Position numbers and translations under genes: made by a program | IMG/VR virus record: IMGVR_UViG_3300028920_001037 | Coordinates: 1-64,000 of that record | Origin: a virus | DNA length: 64,000 nt | Reading direction: 5' to 3' (one strand) | Part shown: positions 18,690-26,976 of the stretch, piece by piece | How positions within the stretch are numbered: the first letter of the stretch is position 1 | Layout of the letters: the number at the start of each line of letters is the position of its first letter | The notes under the pieces: model-generated | Told to the model about the DNA's origin: nothing | Database searches by the model: none | The model's input: the letters and a program-made list of their open reading frames with translations, nothing else

Positions 18690-19243
18690 GTGATATGATT
18701 TGTTCTAGCAAAATATTTCATTATCAATAATGCTTTAGCACCAAATTTTTTATCTTTTTGTAATAGTAATTCTTTAACTTCTCCTTGATTCAATAAGAAT
18801 TGTTCTATGTCTTCTGAAGCTTCTAAATTATTTATAGACAATTCTCCATTTGCTTTTACAAAAGCTATAGCAATACTTTCATCTGTAATACCAGGAGAAT
18901 TAAAAACAAATGGAGTTACCTCATAAATTAACTCAAGGTCTAATCCAGTTTCTTCTTTTAGTTCTCTCCTAATACAATCTTCAACGGGCTCGTTTTCATC
19001 AATGAGTCCAGCAGGGAATCCCCATTCATAATCTTTAATGGAAACCCTAAACTCTTTTATGATACATATCTTATTATTATCAGTTTCAGATTCAACAATA
19101 GGAATAATCATAACTGCTTTAATATTATTGGGTCTACTAACCCAACTCCATTCTTTATGATTACCTTCATTATCTTCATATTGAGTTGAATGAAGCTGAA
19201 GATATTTAGATACATTTCTGCAATCGTCTTTCCAAATTTTCAT
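18686..19243 (-). CDS. Nudix hydrolase, ADP-ribose pyrophosphatase-like
   Basis: FPAGLID.NE......RRELKEETG Nudix box, SPG.TDE. Confidence 0.9.
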   Translation of the reverse strand: MKIWKDDCRNVSKYLQLHSTQYEDNEGNHKEWSWVSRPNNIKAVMIIPIVESETDNNKICIIKEFRVSIKDYEWGFPAGLIDENEPVEDCIRRELKEETGLDLELIYEVTPFVFNSPGITDESIAIAFVKANGELSINNLEASEDIEQFLLNQGEVKELLLQKDKKFGAKALLIMKYFARTNHIT

Positions 19244-19830
19244 CGGTATAATCCATTCTGTTTAATATATTTTATAACATTTTTATACATAATTTTTTGT
19301 TGTAAGTCATTATCATTGTTAGCAATAGCTTCTCTTGCTTGTGTGGATGAATAATCTTTTTTGTGTTTTTTAAATACAACAGTAGATGGATCCCATTTCA
19401 ATTCTTCATCATTATAACCTTCACGTTGAAAAACTATAAAAGGAACAGTCTTTAAAAGATCTTCCCACTTATACCATTTATCAATTTCAATTGCACAATC
19501 CATTCCAATAATTACATAAAAGTTTATATGCTTATAAGATTCCATTAAACTTCTTATTGTATTATAAAATTTACCATCAGACTTCTTTTGAATTTCATGT
19601 AAACAAACCAACATATTATCTTTATGTTTTATTGAACGATAAATCATTTCTATCCTATGAAAAGAATCAGTAGATATTTTTCCAAGGTTATGAGAGAAAC
19701 ATGGCATAAACCAAACTTGATCAACCAAATCATATGATAAAACTGTTTCTGCAACTTCAACATGACTCTTAGTACAAGGGTTAAAAGATCCACCAAAAAT
19801 ACCTACACGTATCTTTTGTTTATTCTTCAT
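19240..19830 (-). CDS. nadD: Nicotinate-nucleotide adenylyltransferase
   Basis: GIFGGSFNP.T..H, IIGMD, W..W, SST..R. Confidence 0.9.
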   Translation of the reverse strand: MKNKQKIRVGIFGGSFNPCTKSHVEVAETVLSYDLVDQVWFMPCFSHNLGKISTDSFHRIEMIYRSIKHKDNMLVCLHEIQKKSDGKFYNTIRSLMESYKHINFYVIIGMDCAIEIDKWYKWEDLLKTVPFIVFQREGYNDEELKWDPSTVVFKKHKKDYSSTQAREAIANNDNDLQQKIMYKNVIKYIKQNGLYR

Positions 19831-20713
19831 TGAAAATATCTTTCCTATTAATTACAATAGGCCAGTTTCTTTTAAAATGTGTTGCTTTATATCTTTTGAT
19901 AACTGGATGATTACTATATAGTTCTCTAAAATTAACAAAGCTTTCATAGTCTTCAAGTCTATTCTTATACTTCAACCAATCATCCCAAGTAAAACTATCT
20001 TGGTCTTTTGTTAACCAAGTTTTTAAAAGCAGATCAACTTCTTCATATGATTTTGCACCAAGTTGATCTAAATCTGAATTAGAAACACCAAGACCGTCTG
20101 TTGGATTTGCTTCAACACAAATTCCTAAAGATGTTATTTTGTCTTGATCTTTTAAACAACTATATTCATTAACAACAATCCATCTTGCAACTTCATATAC
20201 CTCTGTTTTCCAAAGCTGTTGAATCATTCCATAATCTCCAACATCACCACAAAGCGTCCAGAAACCTAAATAATATTCAGTTAAGTTATCAGTTGAAAGA
20301 ACTATTCCTTTTTTTACTTGTGCAAGATTATAAAGATAAATCATTCTTAATCTGGCTTTAATGTTACCTCTTCTTATCTTGTCGGCTTTAGAATCCCACT
20401 CGACACAATCATGTAAATCATCTGTCAATTGATAATAAGAATGTATAAGACTTTGATCTTCCAAGAAATCGTGACAAAAGGATTCTCCAACTAATTTTGC
20501 TCTTTCAATTTCGTCTTGTTTGTTTGACTCAATTGGAAGACTTCTACCAATAAGAGGAATATCCAATTCATCACAAACAGGTCTTGCTAATGCACAACAT
20601 AAAGCTGAATCAATTCCACCAGAAACTCCAATGACTAAAGATTTTATATCATATTTAATAATATAATCCTTTAATTCTTTTTGGATATTTTTAACAACCA
20701 GTTCACAATTCAT
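19820..20713 (-). CDS. nadE: NH3-dependent NAD+ synthetase
   Basis: GVSGGIDS, GNIKARLRM, TDN.TE...GFWT..GD, KTEVY, PTDGL. Confidence 0.95.
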   Translation of the reverse strand: MNCELVVKNIQKELKDYIIKYDIKSLVIGVSGGIDSALCCALARPVCDELDIPLIGRSLPIESNKQDEIERAKLVGESFCHDFLEDQSLIHSYYQLTDDLHDCVEWDSKADKIRRGNIKARLRMIYLYNLAQVKKGIVLSTDNLTEYYLGFWTLCGDVGDYGMIQQLWKTEVYEVARWIVVNEYSCLKDQDKITSLGICVEANPTDGLGVSNSDLDQLGAKSYEEVDLLLKTWLTKDQDSFTWDDWLKYKNRLEDYESFVNFRELYSNHPVIKRYKATHFKRNWPIVINRKDIFNEE

Positions 20714-20722
20714 ATTAATTTC

Positions 20723-20926
20723 TTACCAATCTTCTGAATGTGTTAAATCAAATTCTTCACCACAAGCACACTTAATAGTTTTAATACAACCAAGTCCTGT
20801 GGGTGTAAAACAATATGTAAATCTTCCACCAATTGCTCCCTGTTTCATTGGGTCTGCAAACGGGCAAGTTTTATTATGTTCTTCTTTCCAATCTTGCAGT
20901 TCTTTATTATCCATCCGAAATTGCAT
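20723..20926 (-). CDS. Hypothetical phage protein
   Basis: GAIGG..TY.FTPTGLG.....C.CG....LT motif. Confidence 0.65.
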   Translation of the reverse strand: MQFRMDNKELQDWKEEHNKTCPFADPMKQGAIGGRFTYCFTPTGLGCIKTIKCACGEEFDLTHSEDW

Positions 20927-20935
20927 ATTAGTTCC

Positions 20936-21247
20936 TTATGGCAATATGATTCCACTATCGGTTTTCTTTGCAGCTATTGGTGGTTGACCACCCTGAATAA
21001 CCTGAACTACTTGCTGTACATTATGATGAAGAACATTCATATTATTTGCAATGACATTAACCATCTGAGCTAATCCACCCATATCATTACCAATGAAATC
21101 AATTGCCTCAAGCAATTCACCTTTAGTAACAGTTTCATCGGGATTCTCACTAAGCTTCTTATGGAAAGCTTCATATGCTTTTTTATGTTCTTCCATTGCT
21201 TTTTTCATTTCTTCTTCAGTCATCTGTTTCTGTTCTTGTTTACTCAT
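20936..21247 (-). CDS. Hypothetical helical protein
   Basis: AGGAG RBS; coupled to the upstream gene. Confidence 0.6.
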   Translation of the reverse strand: MSKQEQKQMTEEEMKKAMEEHKKAYEAFHKKLSENPDETVTKGELLEAIDFIGNDMGGLAQMVNVIANNMNVLHHNVQQVVQVIQGGQPPIAAKKTDSGIILP

Positions 21248-21765
21248 AGTTTGCTCCTAACTAGATTAAAATTATCTGGTAATGTATTCATTTTATCTTT
21301 TACTTGTTCCCAAGAATATGGGTAAAAATTATTAGTATCTACTCCACAATCAAAACTTTTACCCCAAGGTTCTAACATTCCATGCGAGTGGCCATAAAGC
21401 GAAAAAGCATTATAATGAGATTTGTGCCATATCCTCATAGAACAATGAGATAAAGTTATATTTATTCCTTCTATTTTGGTATTTAATAATTGATTATATG
21501 AAGCAAATAAATGTTTACAGTTTTTAGTATTTTTATCATGAGAACCTAATATTAAATGAATATTGCCATTTAATCTTCTTAAATGTTTTTGAACGTCACC
21601 AAAAGCAAAATCACCTAAATGATATACTATATCATTTTTTCTGACTACAGAATTCCAATTTGTAATAATAACCTCATCGTGTTCTTCTATAGAACTAAAC
21701 GGTCTATTACAATATTTAATTATATTTCGGTGTGAAAAGTGCGTATCGGCTGTAAAATATATCAT
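21244..21765 (-). CDS. Calcineurin-like metallophosphoesterase (start reassigned to 21765)
   Basis: DTHF.H, LGDF, GSHD, SH, GHSH; ATGA overlap with the GIY-YIG gene stop. Confidence 0.9.
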   Translation of the reverse strand: MIYFTADTHFSHRNIIKYCNRPFSSIEEHDEVIITNWNSVVRKNDIVYHLGDFAFGDVQKHLRRLNGNIHLILGSHDKNTKNCKHLFASYNQLLNTKIEGINITLSHCSMRIWHKSHYNAFSLYGHSHGMLEPWGKSFDCGVDTNNFYPYSWEQVKDKMNTLPDNFNLVRSKL

Positions 21766-22379
21766 AATTGTTTTCTCAATTTCCACAGGCTAATATTTAA
21801 TTTTCTACTGGCTTCTCTTAGCGATCCATATTCTATACCGTTTATAACTATTTGTATTGATTTTGGGTGTTCTTTTCCGGGTTTAAATGACGTTTTTAAT
21901 TTTTTTCCATATAAATAATGTTCTTTTCCTCTATGATAATATCTATTAGCTATTTTCTTTTTTGAATCTTTTGAATGATGTTTTCCATAAAAGGGATTAT
22001 TTTTTCCTAAAATATTTGGTCTTGGCCCCTTTAAGTTTTCAATATGTTTTTTTGATTTTGGTTTCCCTAATAAAGCCATTTTAATTTTTTGTTTATGAGT
22101 TTCTGATAAACTATCAACTCCATAACTTCCCAATCTCAAATTATAACCAATATTTGGATTAATAGATTTTAATTTTTTAATCCAATAAATTTCTCTTTCA
22201 TCAACTCCAGATATACAATGTTCAAGTATCTCTCTTTTAAAATTTTCTTTACCATATTTTTTAATATCTTCATTCAATTTAGATCCAGAACCTAAATATC
22301 CATCATCTGCACTACTATAATGTTTACCTACATAAATCTTTCCATTAACTAGATTTGTTGTTTTGTAAATAATACTCAT
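21762..22379 (-). CDS. GIY-YIG homing endonuclease with NUMOD3-like repeats (Seg-like)
   Basis: IYKTTN.VNGKIYVGK, YLGSG, ERE..WI, GYN, NPFYGK.H. Confidence 0.9.
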   Translation of the reverse strand: MSIIYKTTNLVNGKIYVGKHYSSADDGYLGSGSKLNEDIKKYGKENFKREILEHCISGVDEREIYWIKKLKSINPNIGYNLRLGSYGVDSLSETHKQKIKMALLGKPKSKKHIENLKGPRPNILGKNNPFYGKHHSKDSKKKIANRYYHRGKEHYLYGKKLKTSFKPGKEHPKSIQIVINGIEYGSLREASRKLNISLWKLRKQL

Positions 22380-22468
22380 AAGATACCCCCGATTAAGGTT
22401 TAAGTTGGAGATACCGGATAATCCTAAATCGGATAGGAAAGGTGATCAAACCCTGTCTCCAAGTATCC
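22380..22468 (-). ncRNA. Endonuclease-leader RNA motif, copy B
   Basis: GGATAC(T)TGGA/TCCGGTATCT, GACAG, GGT-TTGATC-ACC, TTT, CCTA-[TCCGATT]-TAGG, ATTA; loop pairs with AATCGG overlapping the GGGGG SD; AATAAATA upstream at 22475-22482. Confidence 0.7.
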
Positions 22469-22485
22469 TATAAGTATTTATTATT

Positions 22486-22779
22486 TTAAACCAATCCGAA
22501 GTGAACCAATAATTCATCATCAATCTTTCTATCTGGATTTCTATCTTTAATTATTTTAAAACTGGAAAATTCTGCTTCTTTTAATTCATGTGTTATATAT
22601 TTATCACATATATGTAACAGTCGAGTACTAATTCTACCTGGTCGTGAATTATAAAGATCTGATGGACATACAAAAATTAATTCTTCATCGTTTTCACGAG
22701 CTTCTTCTCTTAATTTATATAAAGCTAAATCAAAATCTTTTACTAAAATATTTTTTAAATCATCCCAAGTGACTATCAT
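22486..22779 (-). CDS. Hypothetical protein
   Basis: ORF within the operon. Confidence 0.55.
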   Translation of the reverse strand: MIVTWDDLKNILVKDFDLALYKLREEARENDEELIFVCPSDLYNSRPGRISTRLLHICDKYITHELKEAEFSSFKIIKDRNPDRKIDDELLVHFGLV

Positions 22780-22780
22780 A

Positions 22781-23074
22781 TTAACGACAACGACATATAC
22801 TATAACATTTACTAGAAGTTTCCCAACCTAAATATCTACACCCATTACTATAAGTATGAATAAAAGCCGAGTCACCAATACCAACATCAACTAAAGTATA
22901 TAGTATAAAAAATCTCTTATCAGTCTTAATCTGCATTTTAACAGGCTCATTCCATGAAGTCGGAACAACACTAGCATCTTTTATTATTCCAACATATTCC
23001 TTATTAACCATTATGGGTTGTTCAGAACAACCAATCAAAAACAATGCTACAACTAACAATATCAATTTCTTCAT
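22781..23074 (-). CDS. Putative lipoprotein
   Basis: MKK + hydrophobic stretch + LIGC lipobox. Confidence 0.7.
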   Translation of the reverse strand: MKKLILLVVALFLIGCSEQPIMVNKEYVGIIKDASVVPTSWNEPVKMQIKTDKRFFILYTLVDVGIGDSAFIHTYSNGCRYLGWETSSKCYSICRCR

Positions 23075-23076
23075 AA

Positions 23077-23544
23077 TTACCTCAATCCATAGAAATAGAG
23101 TAAAGCCGCCCAGCCAGAGGGCAACATATTTGGAGCTTCTTTTAATTCTTTACCATATTTAATTGCCATTTCTAACATAAACTTTGCATGAAAGAAAGCT
23201 TCCAACAAAGGTCTTGTATTCTTTTCCCAATGTTTGCCATGAGAAAGATGCTTATGGTTGGTTCCGTTTTTAAATATTTCCATAAAGGTTTCATTAAACT
23301 TTGTATCTTTAGGAGCTAAAGATTTTAACACATCAACAATCTTAATAGTTAGGTTTTGAATGTAATAGACCTTAGCTGAATAATGATAAAACCTATAGAT
23401 ACTATCTTCATAATTCCAATGACTGTTAATATCATCCCATAAATTATCTAAATCAGATAATCTATTTTGGATATTAGTTAACAGTTCTTGATTGCGTTTG
23501 GCTAATTCTTCAAAGTAGTTATTGTTCATTATTAAAAAACACAT
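23077..23544 (-). CDS. Hypothetical protein
   Basis: ORF within the operon. Confidence 0.6.
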   Translation of the reverse strand: MCFLIMNNNYFEELAKRNQELLTNIQNRLSDLDNLWDDINSHWNYEDSIYRFYHYSAKVYYIQNLTIKIVDVLKSLAPKDTKFNETFMEIFKNGTNHKHLSHGKHWEKNTRPLLEAFFHAKFMLEMAIKYGKELKEAPNMLPSGWAALLYFYGLR

Positions 23545-24086
23545 TTAACAAAGTGGCAACCGGCATCTTTCATTTCTTGAATAGATGTTTCTGTATTTTT
23601 TTCATCAACACCAGCGATGGCATTCTCAAAAATATATACATCAATATTTCTTTTACGGAGTCCAAGTGCCGCGGCCTTAATACATACATCTGCGGCTACT
23701 CCTGCCAGCCATACTTCTGTAACCTTCTTATCTTTCAACCACTTATCAATATCTTTGTTGCCAAGTTTTCCATCGAATACATCATAAGTTTTCTTATCAA
23801 AGTAAACAGCCTTTTTAGTTTTAGTCTTAGCTTCTGGAATAAGTTCAGCGCCTGGCGTATCTGTGATACAATGAGGTGGAAATGTTTTAAATTCGGGGTC
23901 AGAACTATCATGTTGGTCTTGTGTAAAGAAAATATCACATTTGCGCTGTACTGCAAAACTAACAAGGTTCTTTATATTTTTCTTAATGCTTGTCGCATTA
24001 GGAACATATAAATTTCCATTTTCATTCATAAAGTCATTCTGCACGTCTATGAAACCAAACACTCTGTTCATACGAACCCCTTTCAA
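23532..24086 (-). CDS. pncA: Nicotinamidase (isochorismatase family)
   Basis: IDVQNDF...G.L.V, T.D.H, FPPHC, K, GVAADVCI catalytic Cys. Confidence 0.9.
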   Translation of the reverse strand: MKGVRMNRVFGFIDVQNDFMNENGNLYVPNATSIKKNIKNLVSFAVQRKCDIFFTQDQHDSSDPEFKTFPPHCITDTPGAELIPEAKTKTKKAVYFDKKTYDVFDGKLGNKDIDKWLKDKKVTEVWLAGVAADVCIKAAALGLRKRNIDVYIFENAIAGVDEKNTETSIQEMKDAGCHFVKCVF

Positions 24087-24106
24087 ATTGTTATATTTCT
24101 ATATAT

Positions 24107-24135
24107 AATATAATTCTTTTTAAACGAAAAGTCAA
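24107..24135 (-). promoter_or_regulatory. Sigma70-like early promoter (pncA ... nadE, nadD, Nudix operon)
   Basis: TTGACT-N17-TATATT. Confidence 0.75.
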
Positions 24136-24149
24136 GTCTTTTAGTTTAG

Positions 24150-24530
24150 TTATATTTTTAGATCATCAATTATCTTTTGTTGTTTTTCCATTTCAATTTC
24201 TGTTCTCTCTCTAGCCTGTTCGTTTCTCATATTTTCATATCTTGTTTCTAATTCTTGTAGCTTTGCTGTAGCTATTGCCATTTTAAAGATATTAGCTAAG
24301 ATAGCCATCGATTCTTTCTGCTTAACATTTTGTAGTAAATATAATAACATATCAAAAAACTTTACATATGTTAGTCTTTTACTTTTAAGCGATACAATTA
24401 TATTTGCAACTATTCTTTTTTGAACCGTTGCAAACCTTAAATTAACCTCAAGTTTCAAAAGATATTCTAAGAAGTCTTTTATATGTTCTTCTTTTGGTTT
24501 TAATGTTCTTGATACTCTTGGTATTTGCAT
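24150..24530 (-). CDS. Hypothetical helical protein
   Basis: ORF follows the ligase C-terminal half. Confidence 0.55.
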   Translation of the reverse strand: MQIPRVSRTLKPKEEHIKDFLEYLLKLEVNLRFATVQKRIVANIIVSLKSKRLTYVKFFDMLLYLLQNVKQKESMAILANIFKMAIATAKLQELETRYENMRNEQARERTEIEMEKQQKIIDDLKI

Positions 24531-24533
24531 TTA

Positions 24534-25373
24534 TTACATTCCTATCATTTTAAAGAAATCTTCCTCACTAATGATTCTAATTCCTAGTTGATTTGCTTTC
24601 TTAGTCTTTGAAGATGTTGAACTAGGATCTGCTTGAATTAATCCAGATACACCCTTCTTAACCGTCTTTTCACAAGAACCACCGTTCTCATAAACCAATT
24701 CCTGCAACATGTTTCTTGTGTACCTGTTTCCGTTTTCATCGATTCTCTGAACTGCACCAGTAAATACAAAAACTTCTCCATCCAATTGACTTGAACTCAC
24801 TTCAACCTCCTTAGGTTTTTCAACACCTTTTATTGTGATAACTTCCAATAATTTTTTAATTGTAGTTTTCTTTTTGGACAATCCATAAACAATTTCTTCT
24901 GCAACTCTATCACCAATTCCTTTAATACGGACAAGTTCTTCCTCACCTATATTTAACATTTTATCCAGAGTATCAATTCCATTTTCAATCAATAATTCTG
25001 CTCTAGACTTTGAAAAATTAGGAATGTTTAATCCATCAATGAAGGTTGCTAAATCTATTTCTTTCTTGTCATTAAAGTTCTTAATAATCTTCTTAGCTGA
25101 CTTAGTTCCCATGCCCTGAAGATTTGCTATTCTGTTTTCATCAAGTCGATAGAAATCTGAAGGGTCATAGACTATTTCAGCATTTTCAAACAATTCAATA
25201 GTCTTTATACTTATTGCATCAATGTCAAGTGCATCAACCCATTTCTGAAGATTGCCTATCCTTAATCCTTTACATTCAGTATTTTCACACATTAAATAAG
25301 TTCCGTCGTTATTTAATTCTTCATTACACATTGGACACCATAAAGGCGGTTTGAAATATTTTTTATTCTCCAT
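24534..25373 (-). CDS. ligA: NAD-dependent DNA ligase, C-terminal half (Zn finger, HhH, BRCT)
   Basis: PP.WCP.C...C....C, HhH GMG.KSA and KGIG, BRCT FVFTG...SSK..KA..LGI.II.E. Confidence 0.85.
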   Translation of the reverse strand: MENKKYFKPPLWCPMCNEELNNDGTYLMCENTECKGLRIGNLQKWVDALDIDAISIKTIELFENAEIVYDPSDFYRLDENRIANLQGMGTKSAKKIIKNFNDKKEIDLATFIDGLNIPNFSKSRAELLIENGIDTLDKMLNIGEEELVRIKGIGDRVAEEIVYGLSKKKTTIKKLLEVITIKGVEKPKEVEVSSSQLDGEVFVFTGAVQRIDENGNRYTRNMLQELVYENGGSCEKTVKKGVSGLIQADPSSTSSKTKKANQLGIRIISEEDFFKMIGM

Positions 25374-25390
25374 AAACTATTCCCTTCTTT

Positions 25391-25522
25391 TCAAATATAA
25401 TTTAAACTCTTTTTCTGTTTTTCCTTTTTTACTAAACTAATTTTATGTTTTTTAAGATGCGCGTTAATTATTTGTTTAAATTTTTGACCACAAATTTTAC
25501 ATCTAACAAAATTTTGATTCAT
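25391..25522 (-). pseudogene. Internally deleted homing-endonuclease remnant
   Basis: MNQNFVRCKICGQKFKQIINAHLKKH C2H2-like finger then a stop after 43 aa; carries the same leader RNA as the intact endonucleases. Confidence 0.6.
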
Positions 25523-25611
25523 AAAACCTCCACATTAGGTTAATAGCAGGAAGCATAAAGTAATCCTTATGTGGAAAGGAAACGGAATGATCGCTAGTCC
25601 TTTATACTCCC
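25523..25611 (-). ncRNA. Endonuclease-leader RNA motif, copy C
   Basis: GGGAGTATAAAG/CTTTATGCTTCC, GACTAG, short P2, TTT, CCTT-[TCCACAT]-AAGG, ATTA; loop pairs with ATGTGGA overlapping GGAGG; TATAAATA at 25615-25622. Confidence 0.7.
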
Positions 25612-25625
25612 TATTATTTATAATT

Positions 25626-26753
25626 TTACTCAATAATTTTTTCAATTTGTGGTATAACATCTCCACGTCTAGAAATTAAAACTTTTGCATTTTTATAAGG
25701 TTTAAGTTCATTAAAAACTTTTAAATTATGTAATGATGCTTTTGTTACTACTACACCACCAACTTTAACGGGTTTAAGTATAGCAACTGGTGTAATTCTA
25801 CCACTAGATCCAGTCTGCCATTCTATATTTTCTAAAATAGTTTCAGCCTTCATTGCACCGAATTTCCAGGCTATATGTGCCTTTGGATTTCCATTAAGTT
25901 CACCCAAAATTTTTTGTAATTTAACATTATTGCATTTTACTACGAGACCATCTATATCATATTTAGTTTGTGCCCTTAAATGGTCTTCATAATCATTATA
26001 AACATTAACAGCATCATTAACTGTTACTTTTTTATAATAACATGTTTTAATATTATTATCTTTTAACCATTGTAGTTTTTGTTCTTCAGTTTCCCAATCA
26101 CCTGTAATATCATAATACAATACTGTAAGGTATTCTGAATTAGTTCCATCATATCGTTTTGATATACCACTAGCTGCATTTCTTGGATTCTTCATTTCTT
26201 TTTCACATCGTTCCATCAAAATGAAGTTTAGTTTCTCAAAATCAGAAACAAGCATTATAATTTCTCCACGAAGGGAACCTGTAAAATTTTTAATGTTACC
26301 CAACACATTCTTCATTTTCCTAACATTGTTGAGTATATTTTCACCTTCAATTCCATCTCCACGGGTAATTGCCTTAACTAATTTGCCGTTTTCATACTCA
26401 AGGTCAACGCTAATTCCATCCAATTTATCCATGATTATATAGTGCGAATCTCCGATGGTATCAGACCATTTGATAAATTCTTCTTGCGTATTTACCTTAT
26501 TTAGGGAACACATGGGGATTTTATGGGTAGCCTTCTCCCATTCTGTGACACCAACTTTAGCTCCGATGCGATTAACGAAATCATCTGTGGGAAATCTTTC
26601 AGCATATATTTTAGTAGCTTCGTCAAACTCTTGGTCTGACATGGTTGGTTCTGATTTGTTATAATAGTGGTCGCTAGCTTCAAGTAGCATTTTTTTGAGG
26701 TCTTCTTGTTTCATATGTCTAAACACATCATATAAATTTATTACCGACATCAT
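25626..26753 (-). CDS. ligA: NAD-dependent DNA ligase, N-terminal half (Ia, adenylation and OB domains)
   Basis: YY.....MSD.EFD, PM.SL, KLDG, TRGDG..GE, RGE, NPRN.ASG, DGLVVK, AWKF, GRITPVA, ASLHN, RGDVIP. Confidence 0.9.
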   Translation of the reverse strand: MMSVINLYDVFRHMKQEDLKKMLLEASDHYYNKSEPTMSDQEFDEATKIYAERFPTDDFVNRIGAKVGVTEWEKATHKIPMCSLNKVNTQEEFIKWSDTIGDSHYIIMDKLDGISVDLEYENGKLVKAITRGDGIEGENILNNVRKMKNVLGNIKNFTGSLRGEIIMLVSDFEKLNFILMERCEKEMKNPRNAASGISKRYDGTNSEYLTVLYYDITGDWETEEQKLQWLKDNNIKTCYYKKVTVNDAVNVYNDYEDHLRAQTKYDIDGLVVKCNNVKLQKILGELNGNPKAHIAWKFGAMKAETILENIEWQTGSSGRITPVAILKPVKVGGVVVTKASLHNLKVFNELKPYKNAKVLISRRGDVIPQIEKIIE

Positions 26754-26854
26754 CTACAACTCCTTAATTTTTACAGTTATAATATTCCTATGTGTGCCAT
26801 ATTCCTAATCAGTAATATTGCCCATATAGGAATATAGAATATTGACCATATAAT

Positions 26855-26883
26855 AATATAATAGTTTATTGTTGAAATGTCAA
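26855..26883 (-). promoter_or_regulatory. Sigma70-like early promoter (ligase)
   Basis: TTGACA-N17-TATATT. Confidence 0.75.
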
Positions 26884-26885
26884 GG

Positions 26886-26931
26886 GAAAAATAAAGAAGG
26901 ATGTAACCCTCTCGTGAGTTAGGTTACATCC
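26886..26931 (-). terminator. Intrinsic terminator
   Basis: GGATGTAACC...GGTTACATCC stem with inner CTC/GAG, followed by TTCTTTATTTTT on the minus strand. Confidence 0.75.
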
Positions 26932-26976
26932 CATCTATGAATAACGCTCCGATGTCTATTACTCGTTGCGTAGTTC

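Noticed and set aside
25374-25625. Group I/II intron or intein in ligA
   Set aside because: No recognisable intron core; the spacer is fully accounted for by promoter, leader RNA and ORF remnant, and the C-half has its own RBS and ATG.
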